Source: an uncultured Alphaproteobacteria bacterium
GTDB lineage: Bacteria; Pseudomonadota; Alphaproteobacteria; RF32; CAG-239
Direction: 5' to 3'
Assembly: GCA_910577205.1 (NCBI GenBank)
Contig: CAJTMA010000008.1
Location: forward strand, 2,575-66,574
DNA: 64,000 nucleotides
Positions 38,535 to 47,865 of the stretch are shown piece after piece. Every line of letters begins with the position of its first letter. The stretch's first letter is position 1. A program made the position numbers and the translations under genes. Below the pieces are notes generated by a model, which was not told where the DNA came from, did not search any database, and saw only the letters and a list, made by a program, of their open reading frames with translations.

Positions 38535-39412
38535 TGTTCTGCCTGCAACCCGGAGATAAAGTCGGAATTGTGACCCCTGCCTCATTTATCCGCCAAGGCG
38601 ATATCGACAGTGGTTTGCATTATTTGCAAAGTTTAGGCTTAATACCGGTTCTCGGCCAACACGTTTACAACGAATGGCATTACATGGGCGGCACTGCAGA
38701 GCAACGCGCGGCAGACCTGATGTCTTTCTATCGCGATGACAGCATCAAAGCCATTTTTACCTCACGCGGCGGCGGCGGCAGTTCATATATCCTGCCCCAT
38801 CTGGATTACGAATTAATCAAGGCCAATCCCAAACCGCTTTTCGGGCTGAGTGACATCACTATCCTCCAAAATGCTGTTTATGCCCAAAGCGGCTGCCCGT
38901 CATATACCGGAATGATATTAAAGCAGGATATGAAAGACAATGCCTATGCCATGCCCTCTAACGATTTTCAAAACCTCATCAACGGCAATGAAATGACGTA
39001 CACCGGCGGACAAACCGTTACTTCCGGACACGCCGAAGGCACACTTATCGGCGGCAATTTAACCGCCTTGTCCTACCTGTTCGGCACAACTTATATGCCG
39101 GAACTAAGCGGTAAAATTTTGTTGCTGGAAGACATCGGCGGCAAATCTTTTTGGATAGACTTACGCTTGCAGCAACTACGCCAAACACCTGGTTTTGATA
39201 AACTCCAAGGCATTATATTCGGCGAATTCTCAGATTGCACGATTATTGATAAGGAAGATGGCACTCCCGATGAAATCATCGATACTTTCTGCCAAAATTT
39301 AACCATCCCGGTCATCAAACATTTTCCCTACGGCCATATTCCCGCCCGACACATTCTGCCTGTCGGACTGCCCGTTAAATTTAATGCCGATGACTGCTCC
39401 GTGCGTTTTTAA
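38534..39412 (+). CDS. ldcA: LD-carboxypeptidase (peptidase S66)
   Basis: The start is set at ATG 38534, overlapping the preceding TAA. Motifs are GDKVGIVTPAS, TSRGGGGS, GLSDITIL and FPYGH. Confidence 0.8.
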   Translation: MFCLQPGDKVGIVTPASFIRQGDIDSGLHYLQSLGLIPVLGQHVYNEWHYMGGTAEQRAADLMSFYRDDSIKAIFTSRGGGGSSYILPHLDYELIKANPKPLFGLSDITILQNAVYAQSGCPSYTGMILKQDMKDNAYAMPSNDFQNLINGNEMTYTGGQTVTSGHAEGTLIGGNLTALSYLFGTTYMPELSGKILLLEDIGGKSFWIDLRLQQLRQTPGFDKLQGIIFGEFSDCTIIDKEDGTPDEIIDTFCQNLTIPVIKHFPYGHIPARHILPVGLPVKFNADDCSVRF

Positions 39413-40080
39413 TACAACATCGTTTTAACATACTGCCAATTGCGCTCAGTCAGCCAAAATACCAGTTTATGATATTGGGCGACACCAAACCACAATTTGC
39501 TGTTAAATGCCATCATAAAGCCAATCATCCATAAATTGGCTCCCGGCAAAAACATCAAACAGAATTTATAGGACACCTTCGGCAAATCCGTCTGCTTTTC
39601 ATTAATCTGTGAAGCGACCGTATCCACATGATACGCAACAAAATAGCCCATAATCCCGTTCATAATCAAACTATCGGCATAACGTCCGAACAAAGGAACA
39701 GCCAGCATAAAAAAGAAAGCAAACAAAGGAAAAAAATACGGTGAAATAATTATCAGCCAGTTTCCTTGGCCTTTAAACCCCATTGAACCGCCGGAATCAT
39801 CTTCCGCTGCCCGAATATGCGTCACCTTATGCAAAGTCAACAACGCAAAAAAAGCGTGCGTCAGTTCATGGGCAATAATCTGCATACTGGCTTTGACCGA
39901 AGAGTCAGCCATTGTCCGCGCGATAAAATACATCAAAAAACCGCCAACCATTACCAAATATTTCGGCTGGGCAAAATTAAACCACGACAAAGACTGAACC
40001 AACGCCGGTAACGTCAACAGCATAAATAAAGCTGCCGGCCATTTCAGCATTTCAATAAATCGGTTGACAACAGTCTGCAT
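39409..40080 (-). CDS. Membrane HExxH protein (M50B-like putative metallopeptidase)
   Basis: 223 aa, multi-pass. IIAHELTHAFFALLTLHKVTHIRAAEDDSGGSMGF resembles the HExGH...G..v..i.l...GsG core of M50B-like proteins, as I remember it. Confidence 0.5.
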   Translation of the reverse strand: MQTVVNRFIEMLKWPAALFMLLTLPALVQSLSWFNFAQPKYLVMVGGFLMYFIARTMADSSVKASMQIIAHELTHAFFALLTLHKVTHIRAAEDDSGGSMGFKGQGNWLIIISPYFFPLFAFFFMLAVPLFGRYADSLIMNGIMGYFVAYHVDTVASQINEKQTDLPKVSYKFCLMFLPGANLWMIGFMMAFNSKLWFGVAQYHKLVFWLTERNWQYVKTMLY

Positions 40081-40227
40081 TCAACAATCCTCCGTCTGTT
40101 TGCCCGCAAGAATACGCCATTTTCAAATAAAATTCACCAAATTTAACACACCTATCAACATAAGGCTTGTATTTCTGCTGTTTTGCATTAAGATGAATGC
40201 AAATAAATGCTAATCGAGGATAAGATA

Positions 40228-40527
40228 ATGGATACAAAGGATTTTGAAACTTTTGACTTTCTGATTAATGATGAAGATGAAGTAATGCTTCTGCTGTACC
40301 AGCGCGATGGCGAACCGTCTGACCCGCATATTGAATTAGACAGCGAAGAAAAATCCGCCTTGCTCTATCGCAACAACGATGACACCTTGTTGTTAAATGA
40401 CATTAACACCGAAGTTTTTGACAGCCTGATGGATGCCGACAAACTTTTGGTCTGCGAATTATCCCGCGAAGAAAATGACGAAGAAGCCCAAATCGTTCAC
40501 GCTTATGAAGCTGAAATAAGAGATTAA
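40228..40527 (+). CDS. Small highly acidic hypothetical protein
   Basis: The start is at ATG 40228 with a GAGGA SD. The product is 99 aa and rich in D/E. Confidence 0.5.
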   Translation: MDTKDFETFDFLINDEDEVMLLLYQRDGEPSDPHIELDSEEKSALLYRNNDDTLLLNDINTEVFDSLMDADKLLVCELSREENDEEAQIVHAYEAEIRD

Positions 40528-40546
40528 ACATTAGAATAAACAATTC

Positions 40547-40571
40547 AGCCCCGCTATCGCGGGGCTTTTTT
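40547..40571. terminator. Bidirectional intrinsic terminator
   Basis: AGCCCCGC-tatc-GCGGGGCT followed by TTTTTT. Confidence 0.8.
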
Positions 40572-40579
40572 ATGCACAT

Positions 40580-41872
40580 TTACTTAATCGTAAATATCGT
40601 CTTTTTAGGCTGAGCAGTCAACATCCGCTGGATATAACGCCCTTGATACAAGTTAATACCCAAAGAGTTTCCGACTTCCACGGCTTGCGGATCATCAACC
40701 CGGCAAAGAATCATCTTTGCCCTTTCTGCCCGATTGGCATAATCGGTAAAATGGCTGTCTTCCCGCACCATATCCATAAATGACGGATGCCAGATTATCT
40801 TCAGCAAATCGCCGTTCAATTGCTCGCGGTCAATATATTTCAGCTTATCAACCGTCACCCCGTCAATACAAATTTTATAGCCGCGGTACTGGGCAAAAGT
40901 CTTTGCCAGAATAAAAGCTTTAATATCGCTGAAAATATCAACCAGCTGCAATTCCAAAACTATCGTTGACCGCATTGACGGATTAATGTTTTCATCAAAA
41001 GCCAAAAAGTCATCAGACAAGATTGTTGACACATTCAGGTTCATACTGAAATTATTAGTCAGCGAACCGTCATCATGTTGGCTGACACTGGCCAAAACGC
41101 GTTTATCCAACGTTTCCGTCAAATGCAAAAACAGCCACGGATTAGCCGTCAAATCCACATCCGGCAGCAGCATATCCCGCAAATCGGCAATAGAAACAAA
41201 CACCTCGTCAAAAATCATTTGCGGCGGTGATTTCCCGATAACGGCACAAACCGATTGGCGGCGGATAAGACTGGAGAAATCAGCCATCGCCAAAGTCTTC
41301 TGCACCTTAGCCAGCATCGCAGGGGTCAACTCCCTGCGGAGTTTGCGCGAACCGGCCATCATCGCTGCCTGCGGTGTCTTCGGCGAAACATTGCCGCCGG
41401 CGGCCAATGTCTGATTTTTCAAACTATCCATTAAAGACTGAACTGTCTTTTTAAATTCATCAACCTGCGCCGCCAAATTATAAAATTTAACAAATCCCGC
41501 TTGTTCCAAATCAAAAGCATTTTGCAGCAACGGATCATCATGAAACATAAAACGGATTTTCACCAGACAAGCCTGTATCTCTTCTCCCGAATTTTGGTGA
41601 TAAAACACCACCATATCATCATTCGGCAGCCCAAAAATTTCGCCGCCATTCTTTTTGATGACATTTTCAAAAGTTTCTATCAGACTCTGCCGTTGAAGCG
41701 TCTTAAGCTTCTGGTTTTGCAATTTGCTGAGATGAATATACAACACGCCGTAATTTGGCAGTTCCGCATCTATCTTTGCCAAATAGTCCAATATCAGCGT
41801 ATCCCGTTTAAAAGTGGAATGTTCCGTCACTTTTTCCGGCAGCTTCGGCGTTGTTTTATTAAATAAAAACAT
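40580..41872 (-). CDS. Degenerate GGDEF-like plus degenerate EAL-like protein, paralog 2
   Basis: 430 aa. The EAL-fold landmarks are retained but the catalytic residues are replaced: FDEVFV for EAL, SMNLNVS for NLS, LELQL for E.TE, ICIDGV for DDFG, LKIIW for KID, and LYQGRY for QG. The N-terminal half has GGDEF-like spacing (VLYIHLSKL..GGEIFGLPNDDMVVFY). Confidence 0.5.
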   Translation of the reverse strand: MFLFNKTTPKLPEKVTEHSTFKRDTLILDYLAKIDAELPNYGVLYIHLSKLQNQKLKTLQRQSLIETFENVIKKNGGEIFGLPNDDMVVFYHQNSGEEIQACLVKIRFMFHDDPLLQNAFDLEQAGFVKFYNLAAQVDEFKKTVQSLMDSLKNQTLAAGGNVSPKTPQAAMMAGSRKLRRELTPAMLAKVQKTLAMADFSSLIRRQSVCAVIGKSPPQMIFDEVFVSIADLRDMLLPDVDLTANPWLFLHLTETLDKRVLASVSQHDDGSLTNNFSMNLNVSTILSDDFLAFDENINPSMRSTIVLELQLVDIFSDIKAFILAKTFAQYRGYKICIDGVTVDKLKYIDREQLNGDLLKIIWHPSFMDMVREDSHFTDYANRAERAKMILCRVDDPQAVEVGNSLGINLYQGRYIQRMLTAQPKKTIFTIK

Positions 41873-41881
41873 CCCTCTTCC

Positions 41882-43165
41882 TCACAACAAATCTTCAAGA
41901 ACTTCAGGGTGGATGCAAACAGCCTTCAATGCGCCGGACAACAGCCGCCGCCTTTTCAGACATTGCTGCGCCGTACAGCCGACTGCTCCCGGACAGCGGC
42001 TGCGAACCATGGCTATTTCGATATCATCCATAAACGGCCCTTGAAAAGCGGTAATTCCGTATGAAACACCCCACTTCAGTGCCTTGTCAGAATCACACTT
42101 GGCTAAAATGACTTTCTCTTTGCCAAGCGTTTCAATGATTTCTTTCAAAGCCGGATTAAACGGTTCATCCTCAAGCAGCGGCTCCCAAAACAGCTTAACC
42201 ATATCCGGCTGCAGCGTTTTCAAATTCAACATTTTTAACGCTGCCGGACTGACACCGTCAAGAATAAGCTTATGCCCGCCCTTATGCAAAATCTCCTTGG
42301 CTTCAAAATAAAGTGGCAGATTGTTAAAGACATCTATCAGCTGCACTTCAACCAACACTTTTTGCTCCGGCTTCAAAAAGTTACGGGCAAACTCAACAAA
42401 CTCCCGCGAAAAAACTGAAGACAAATTCAGATTCAGGCTGATTTGCTGCGGCCATTTTTTCAAATCCGCCGCAAAAAAAGCAGCCAGCGTTTTCTTATCC
42501 AAAGCCTGCGTCATATACAGAAACAACCAGCGGTTTGCCACCAAATCCAAATTCCGGTCAAATTGCAGGCTTAAATCTTTAACCGCCACGAAAAACTCTT
42601 GGAACAGAACATCAAACTTGCCCACTCCCTTAATGCGGATAACGCTTTGGCGCTTTACCAACTCCGCAATATCAATCTCATCCAGCTCCGCAATTACATT
42701 ATCAATTTCTCTGGCTTCGACAGGGCGTTTCGCCGGCAGCAACTCACCGTCATTCTGCTGAACATCGCTGACCAGCATTTCTTCAACATACTTATAGAAT
42801 GTCGCAAAATTTTCCGGAAACTCAAAAACCGTGGCAAATTCGCTGCTGTCTTTGCCATGCAAAATCGGATCAGCGGAAAGCCCCTGCCGCAGCTTGGCAA
42901 CGGCCTCGTCCACGGTTTCCTGCGTAATATCCCGCCCCAGAATGACAAAATCGCCGTTTGACATAATATAAAAATAGCCGCGGGCATTCCCCACCACACT
43001 GTCAAACAGCCGCCCCAGAATTTTTACAAATTCCGGATGCCGGTGCTTTGGCTTCAGCTTAGATATGCTGACATACAAAACCGCATAGCCGTACGAATTT
43101 TTGGAAATACGGTCTAACGCATCCAATAAATACTTTTCTGCTTTGCTGCTCTGCTGTCTACTCAT
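41882..43165 (-). CDS. Degenerate GGDEF-like plus degenerate EAL-like protein, paralog 1, with a Cys-rich C-terminal tail
   Basis: 427 aa with AVLYVSISKLK..GYFYIMSNGDFVILG (GGDEF-like). The EAL-like landmarks are FQEFFV, SLNLNLS, VEVQL, LILDGV, VKLFW and AFQGPF. The tail reads CPGAVGCTAQQC..C. Confidence 0.5.
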   Translation of the reverse strand: MSRQQSSKAEKYLLDALDRISKNSYGYAVLYVSISKLKPKHRHPEFVKILGRLFDSVVGNARGYFYIMSNGDFVILGRDITQETVDEAVAKLRQGLSADPILHGKDSSEFATVFEFPENFATFYKYVEEMLVSDVQQNDGELLPAKRPVEAREIDNVIAELDEIDIAELVKRQSVIRIKGVGKFDVLFQEFFVAVKDLSLQFDRNLDLVANRWLFLYMTQALDKKTLAAFFAADLKKWPQQISLNLNLSSVFSREFVEFARNFLKPEQKVLVEVQLIDVFNNLPLYFEAKEILHKGGHKLILDGVSPAALKMLNLKTLQPDMVKLFWEPLLEDEPFNPALKEIIETLGKEKVILAKCDSDKALKWGVSYGITAFQGPFMDDIEIAMVRSRCPGAVGCTAQQCLKRRRLLSGALKAVCIHPEVLEDLL

Positions 43166-43222
43166 TTTCTTGCCGTTATTTACTCAAACTAAATTCAGTT
43201 ATAAACGCTCCGCTTGATATTA

Positions 43223-44362
43223 TCAAGAGTCTTGCTCGGTTGCTAACAGCCGCTGCAATTCACCGGAAACTTCCGCCATCTGATACGGCTTCTGCACAAA
43301 AGCGATATTTTTTCCCGCCGGAATATCCTCCCTTTCGCCGCCGCTGGCAAACATCACTTTTACATTTGGATTTTGCCGTCGCAGCGCTTCATAGGTTTCC
43401 ACTCCGCTCATTCCCGGCATAACCACATCCAGCACCACCGCGTCAATCTCCGGATACCGGGCATATAACTCTATGGCTTCCCGGCCGCTGCCGGCCTCTA
43501 AGACATCCATCCCGGAAATTTTCAGCATTTCCCCCAGCAAACCTCTCAACAGCGGCTCATCATCAACAATCAGTACCCTGCCATTCACTTGCTTTCTCGC
43601 CAAAGGAAAATATACCCTGAAACAACTGCCTTTTCCAACGTCACTATCCACCGTCAAACCCGCAGCATGGCTTTGAACAACCTCCCGAACCACTGACAAC
43701 CCCGTTCCGCCTCCGAATGGTTTTGTTGAAAATGCCGCTTCAAAAATCCGTGACCTCACCGCAGGTTCAATCCCTTTACCGGTATCGCTGACCTCTAAAC
43801 AAACATATTTGCCGGGCTGAACAGCCGCCACTGCTTCCGGCAATTCACCGCCGCTAAAGTCACAATTCGCAGTTTTTATCCGTATTGTGCCGCCTTGCGG
43901 CATGGCCTCAGCGGCATTGACACCCAAATTCATCAGCAGCCGCCGTACCAAATCTGCATTGCCGTTAATTCTGTCTTGCTCTGCTCCGCAAAAACTCTCT
44001 ACAACAATATTGCCTGACACAGAATGCTTCAGCAGGTCAAGAGTTTCACCCACACATTCATTCAGGCTGATAACTTGAAAATCAGGCATTTTATTTTCAG
44101 CCGACAACATACGCCGTCCCTGCTCTCCGGCACGAAGAATAATTTCGGCATAAGATTTTAATTGCGGATTATCCGCTAACTTTAACGCTAATATTTCTGC
44201 TGCGCCGTTCATCCCGGCTAAAAGATTGCGCAAATCATGAACAACCTGCTTAGCTCTACTGACAGCCACATCCGTTTTTCGCTTCAAACAGCACAACATC
44301 ACGCCCAAAACCGTCGCCAAGGCAAAAGCCCCGATTATTATCCCTATTTCCCAGTAATGCAT
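43223..44362 (-). CDS. Hybrid sensor histidine kinase / response regulator with no evident sensor domain
   Basis: 379 aa. One N-terminal TM helix is followed directly by the H-box VVHDLRNLLAG. The N box is LLMNLGVNAAEAM, G1 is DTGKGI and G2 is GGGTGLS. A receiver follows (VLIVDDEP..VVLDVVMPGMSG). Confidence 0.85.
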   Translation of the reverse strand: MHYWEIGIIIGAFALATVLGVMLCCLKRKTDVAVSRAKQVVHDLRNLLAGMNGAAEILALKLADNPQLKSYAEIILRAGEQGRRMLSAENKMPDFQVISLNECVGETLDLLKHSVSGNIVVESFCGAEQDRINGNADLVRRLLMNLGVNAAEAMPQGGTIRIKTANCDFSGGELPEAVAAVQPGKYVCLEVSDTGKGIEPAVRSRIFEAAFSTKPFGGGTGLSVVREVVQSHAAGLTVDSDVGKGSCFRVYFPLARKQVNGRVLIVDDEPLLRGLLGEMLKISGMDVLEAGSGREAIELYARYPEIDAVVLDVVMPGMSGVETYEALRRQNPNVKVMFASGGEREDIPAGKNIAFVQKPYQMAEVSGELQRLLATEQDS

Positions 44363-44528
44363 GATGTTTTCCCGGCAGTCCGATTTCCTATGTTTTAATT
44401 TTACCGCAAGTCCCTTAATGACAGGTTAATCAATCTTTGGTAACCTGAAAATATCGTTTGATTTTTTAATATCTGCCGCTATAATCCGCTTAAAAATAAC
44501 TTGAAATACACTACAGAGGAATTTGCAA

Positions 44529-45980
44529 ATGCTGCCCCCTAAAAATAATTTATTTCCTATCAGAAATGATATCTTAGCCCGCGTTGCTGCCAGTTACTTT
44601 GCTGACCGCTTTGCTCATATTGATGACATCCCGGCTCAGGTTCTGCCTGACGGCTCACAGTGCTATCGCTGCTCTCTGGATAATGACCGTGACGTTGTCC
44701 GCCAGATATGCATGGCTGTCTTGGGAATTTGCCCGGCAGATGAAGAAGGCAAAAACCTGCCGCTGCATGACTATGCTCAACAAGCTTTGGCGCGCACACA
44801 TCTTGAACCGAGCAAAATTTCGGTAATCAATTCTGCCTGTGCTGCCTGCCGCAAAGAACGCTACATCGTCAGCGATTTATGCCGCGCCTGCATTGCCCGC
44901 CCCTGCCAAGTTAATTGCCCGAAAAACGCCATCAGTTTTGTTAACGGCAAAGCTTTTATTGACCAGGATTTGTGCATCAAATGCGGCCGCTGCCACGATG
45001 TTTGCCCTTATTCTGCAATCATTAAAAATGTAATTCCATGTGAAGATTCTTGCCCAGTCGGCGCCATCAGCAAAGACCAGACCGGTAAAGAACACATTGA
45101 TACCGAAAAATGTATTTCCTGCGGCAAATGCTTGAAATCATGCCCCTTCGGCGCGATTGTCGAACGCTCCCAAATGGTAGATGTTCTCAAGGCTATGCAT
45201 GACACAGACAAACACGTTGTCGCCATGATTGCCCCGGCTGTTGTCGGCCAGTTTGCCGGCAATGTAAATAATCTTGTCGGTGCTCTGAAAGCCGCCGGAT
45301 TTGACGATGTTATCGAAGTTGCCGTTGGCGCAGATATCACCACAGAAAAAGAAGCTGCCGAATTTATCGAACGCATGGAAGCTGGTGAAAAATTCATGAC
45401 AACATCCTGCTGCCCGGCTTATTTCCGTGCGGCTCAACTGCACATCCCGGAAATCAAAGAATATGTTTCTTCAACCAAAACCCCGATGTATTACACCGCC
45501 GAATTGGTTAAACAGGAACGTCCAGACAGCGTCGCCGTTTTTGTCGGCCCATGTTTTGCCAAACGTGTTGAAGCCGAAACAGATCCTAATGTCGATTATG
45601 TGCTGACCTTTGAAGAAATGAATGCTATTTTTGCCGGCGCCAGCATTGATGTTGCTGCCGCAACCCCTGCTGAATTCACTAAAATTTCCTGCGCACAAGG
45701 ACGCGGCTTCCCGCTTACCGGAGGCGTTGCCGGCGCAGTCGCATCTTTGGTTGAGGGTAAGGTTGACATCCGTCCTGAAAAGATTGACGGCTTAAGCACC
45801 GAAAACATCAAACTGCTCAAGCGCTATGCCGCTAAAGGCTGTGACTGCAATATGCTTGAAGTCATGAGCTGCCCCGGCGGCTGCATTTCCGGCCCGGGCT
45901 GTATTGCTATGCCCAATAAAGCGACCATTCAGGTAAAGAATTATACCGCTCAAGGCGCTGATTTGAAAAACAAAGCATAA
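44529..45980 (+). CDS. [FeFe]-hydrogenase-family protein with N-terminal ferredoxin-like clusters
   Basis: ATG 44529 has AGAGGA upstream; the track starts at TTG 44523. Several CxxCxxCxxxCP clusters are present. The H-cluster motifs are TTSCCPAY, GPCFAKRVE and EVMSCPGGCISGPGC. Confidence 0.8.
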   Translation: MLPPKNNLFPIRNDILARVAASYFADRFAHIDDIPAQVLPDGSQCYRCSLDNDRDVVRQICMAVLGICPADEEGKNLPLHDYAQQALARTHLEPSKISVINSACAACRKERYIVSDLCRACIARPCQVNCPKNAISFVNGKAFIDQDLCIKCGRCHDVCPYSAIIKNVIPCEDSCPVGAISKDQTGKEHIDTEKCISCGKCLKSCPFGAIVERSQMVDVLKAMHDTDKHVVAMIAPAVVGQFAGNVNNLVGALKAAGFDDVIEVAVGADITTEKEAAEFIERMEAGEKFMTTSCCPAYFRAAQLHIPEIKEYVSSTKTPMYYTAELVKQERPDSVAVFVGPCFAKRVEAETDPNVDYVLTFEEMNAIFAGASIDVAAATPAEFTKISCAQGRGFPLTGGVAGAVASLVEGKVDIRPEKIDGLSTENIKLLKRYAAKGCDCNMLEVMSCPGGCISGPGCIAMPNKATIQVKNYTAQGADLKNKA

Positions 45981-45989
45981 TAAACCAAT

Positions 45990-46018
45990 ACCCCCGCAAT
46001 CCAGCGGGGGTATTTTTT
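45990..46018. terminator. Bidirectional intrinsic terminator
   Basis: ACCCCCGC-aatcca-GCGGGGGT followed by ATTTTTT. Confidence 0.8.
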
Positions 46019-46841
46019 ACTTTTGAAACAGGCGCTTGATTTCTTTCTCTGCCGAGGAACTGAAATAAGGCTGCCATTCGTGATTGGCATTGAACCCTTT
46101 CAAACTTTGTATGGCTTTTTCCCGTATTTCCCCACAGTTCATCCAGGCATCAATCACTGACAAGTTGCCAAGATTAAACAGGGCTTGCTGAAGTTCTTCG
46201 GGCCAAACCATTTCGTCAATGATTTTCACAATCTCATCAACAGACAAACAGTTTCTATTCATCGGCTCGATATAACACTCAGGATAGCCGTTCCAATCAG
46301 AAAAAACATCAAACCTGATAATCTTTGGCAGCAGATGTTCATTCAGAAGTTCCGCTTTTCCGCGAAGTTCATCATACGCAGCAATTAATTCATCATTGCC
46401 GCAGAACATCAGAGCCACATAAGCTTCTTGGGACAGACCAAAATGCAGCAATTCTCTTTCCACCCAGTAGCCAATTCCCCAGTCATCCAATATGCTATAC
46501 GGAATACTGACCGTCAGCGCCTTGGCAAAATTAGACTGCGAAAACCGGAAAAAGCGATAGCGAAATATTTTCCTGTTGCCGCTCTGAATAAGAGCCGGAA
46601 GCATAGAATCTTTAAATGCTCCCTGATGAATAAGTTTTTTCAAAGCTTTGTTGTTACGCGCCTTGATGTATTCCATAACCGTCGCATCACAAACTTCTTC
46701 TGCATTTTTCTGTTCGGGTTTTTCCTTTTTTAGAAAAGCACCCAATAAACTAAAATAATTCATTTCTTTTAATTTTAAGATTAAACATAATAAGAATAAA
46801 TCAAAGGAACTATACTTCCGCCGCCCGAATTTGTCAAACAT
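46017..46841 (-). CDS. Hypothetical protein
   Basis: 274-aa ORF in a rather A+T-rich stretch. The start is uncertain (an internal MNYFSLLGAF is possible). I recognise no motif. Confidence 0.45.
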   Translation of the reverse strand: MFDKFGRRKYSSFDLFLLCLILKLKEMNYFSLLGAFLKKEKPEQKNAEEVCDATVMEYIKARNNKALKKLIHQGAFKDSMLPALIQSGNRKIFRYRFFRFSQSNFAKALTVSIPYSILDDWGIGYWVERELLHFGLSQEAYVALMFCGNDELIAAYDELRGKAELLNEHLLPKIIRFDVFSDWNGYPECYIEPMNRNCLSVDEIVKIIDEMVWPEELQQALFNLGNLSVIDAWMNCGEIREKAIQSLKGFNANHEWQPYFSSSAEKEIKRLFQK

Positions 46842-47002
46842 TTATATTTTGTCCAATACACCTTCTGTAAACCGACAACGACACACTCTATAATTCACCC
46901 TAATCATTGGTGCGGAGCTGAGTTTACCCCAATACAAGCGGCATTAACCATTCAAAATTATTCCGCCTCAATAAATCAGGGATTTTCTGTAAGGAATATA
47001 AC

Positions 47003-47032
47003 AAAAAAGGTTCGGCAAAATCACCGAACCTT
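47003..47032 (-). terminator. Intrinsic terminator after the racemase gene
   Basis: On the minus strand: AAGGTTCGG-tgattttg-CCGAACCTT followed by TTTTTT. Confidence 0.7.
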
Positions 47033-47047
47033 CTTAAATTAATTAAC

Positions 47048-47758
47048 TCAAACATATTGAGAAATAGCTTGCTCTGCGGCAGCTGTCGCATGGCACTCCA
47101 GCGTATTAAACAACGGAATATCCGTATCACCTTGCATCACCAGCAGCGGAATTTCCGTACATCCTAAGATGATACCCTCAACACCCTGCTTCCTGACTAA
47201 ATCGCTGATAACCGCCAGAAAATACATCTTTGAGCTGCCCAAAATCTCATTCCGGCACAATTCCTCAAAAATTATGCGATCGATCTCCTGACAAGCCTCA
47301 TCAGAGGGAATAACGGTTTCTATGCCCATCTGTGCCAGCCGCTCACGATAAAACGTTTCCTTCATCGTAAAACGCGTTCCTAACAAACCAACTTTTTTCA
47401 GCCCGGCATTTTGAATTGCCGTTCCCACCGTATCCGCAATATGCAAAATTTTATGACCACCGACTTCCAGCGTTTCAGCAACTTTATGCATCGTATTTGA
47501 ACAAATGAGAATGAAATCAACTTCCCGAAGAAAAACATCGGCATGATAGCGCAAATAAGCTCCCAGCTCATCCCATTTCTCTTGCTGCTGAATGGCTTCA
47601 ATCACCGCCATATCCAAACTGTCCAGTAAAATTTCCGCGGAATGAGTTCCACCTAAACTCAGATTAACTGTTTCATTGATAATCCGGTAATACTCCAGCG
47701 TCGAAGGCCAAGCCATTCCGCCCAGCAATCCGATTTTCAACATTTTTGTTTCACACAT
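47048..47758 (-). CDS. Aspartate/glutamate racemase family protein
   Basis: 236 aa with IGLLGGMAWPST, ICSNTMH and LGCTEIPLL, which are the two catalytic Cys motifs. Confidence 0.8.
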   Translation of the reverse strand: MCETKMLKIGLLGGMAWPSTLEYYRIINETVNLSLGGTHSAEILLDSLDMAVIEAIQQQEKWDELGAYLRYHADVFLREVDFILICSNTMHKVAETLEVGGHKILHIADTVGTAIQNAGLKKVGLLGTRFTMKETFYRERLAQMGIETVIPSDEACQEIDRIIFEELCRNEILGSSKMYFLAVISDLVRKQGVEGIILGCTEIPLLVMQGDTDIPLFNTLECHATAAAEQAISQYV

Positions 47759-47865
47759 ATTGTTTGATTTTAATGAATAATATGAAAATAATAAAAATAT
47801 GCTCTTTAATTACTAAATATCCAGCAGCTTGTCAACGTTTAACAACTGCTAACCAAAGTTGAAAC

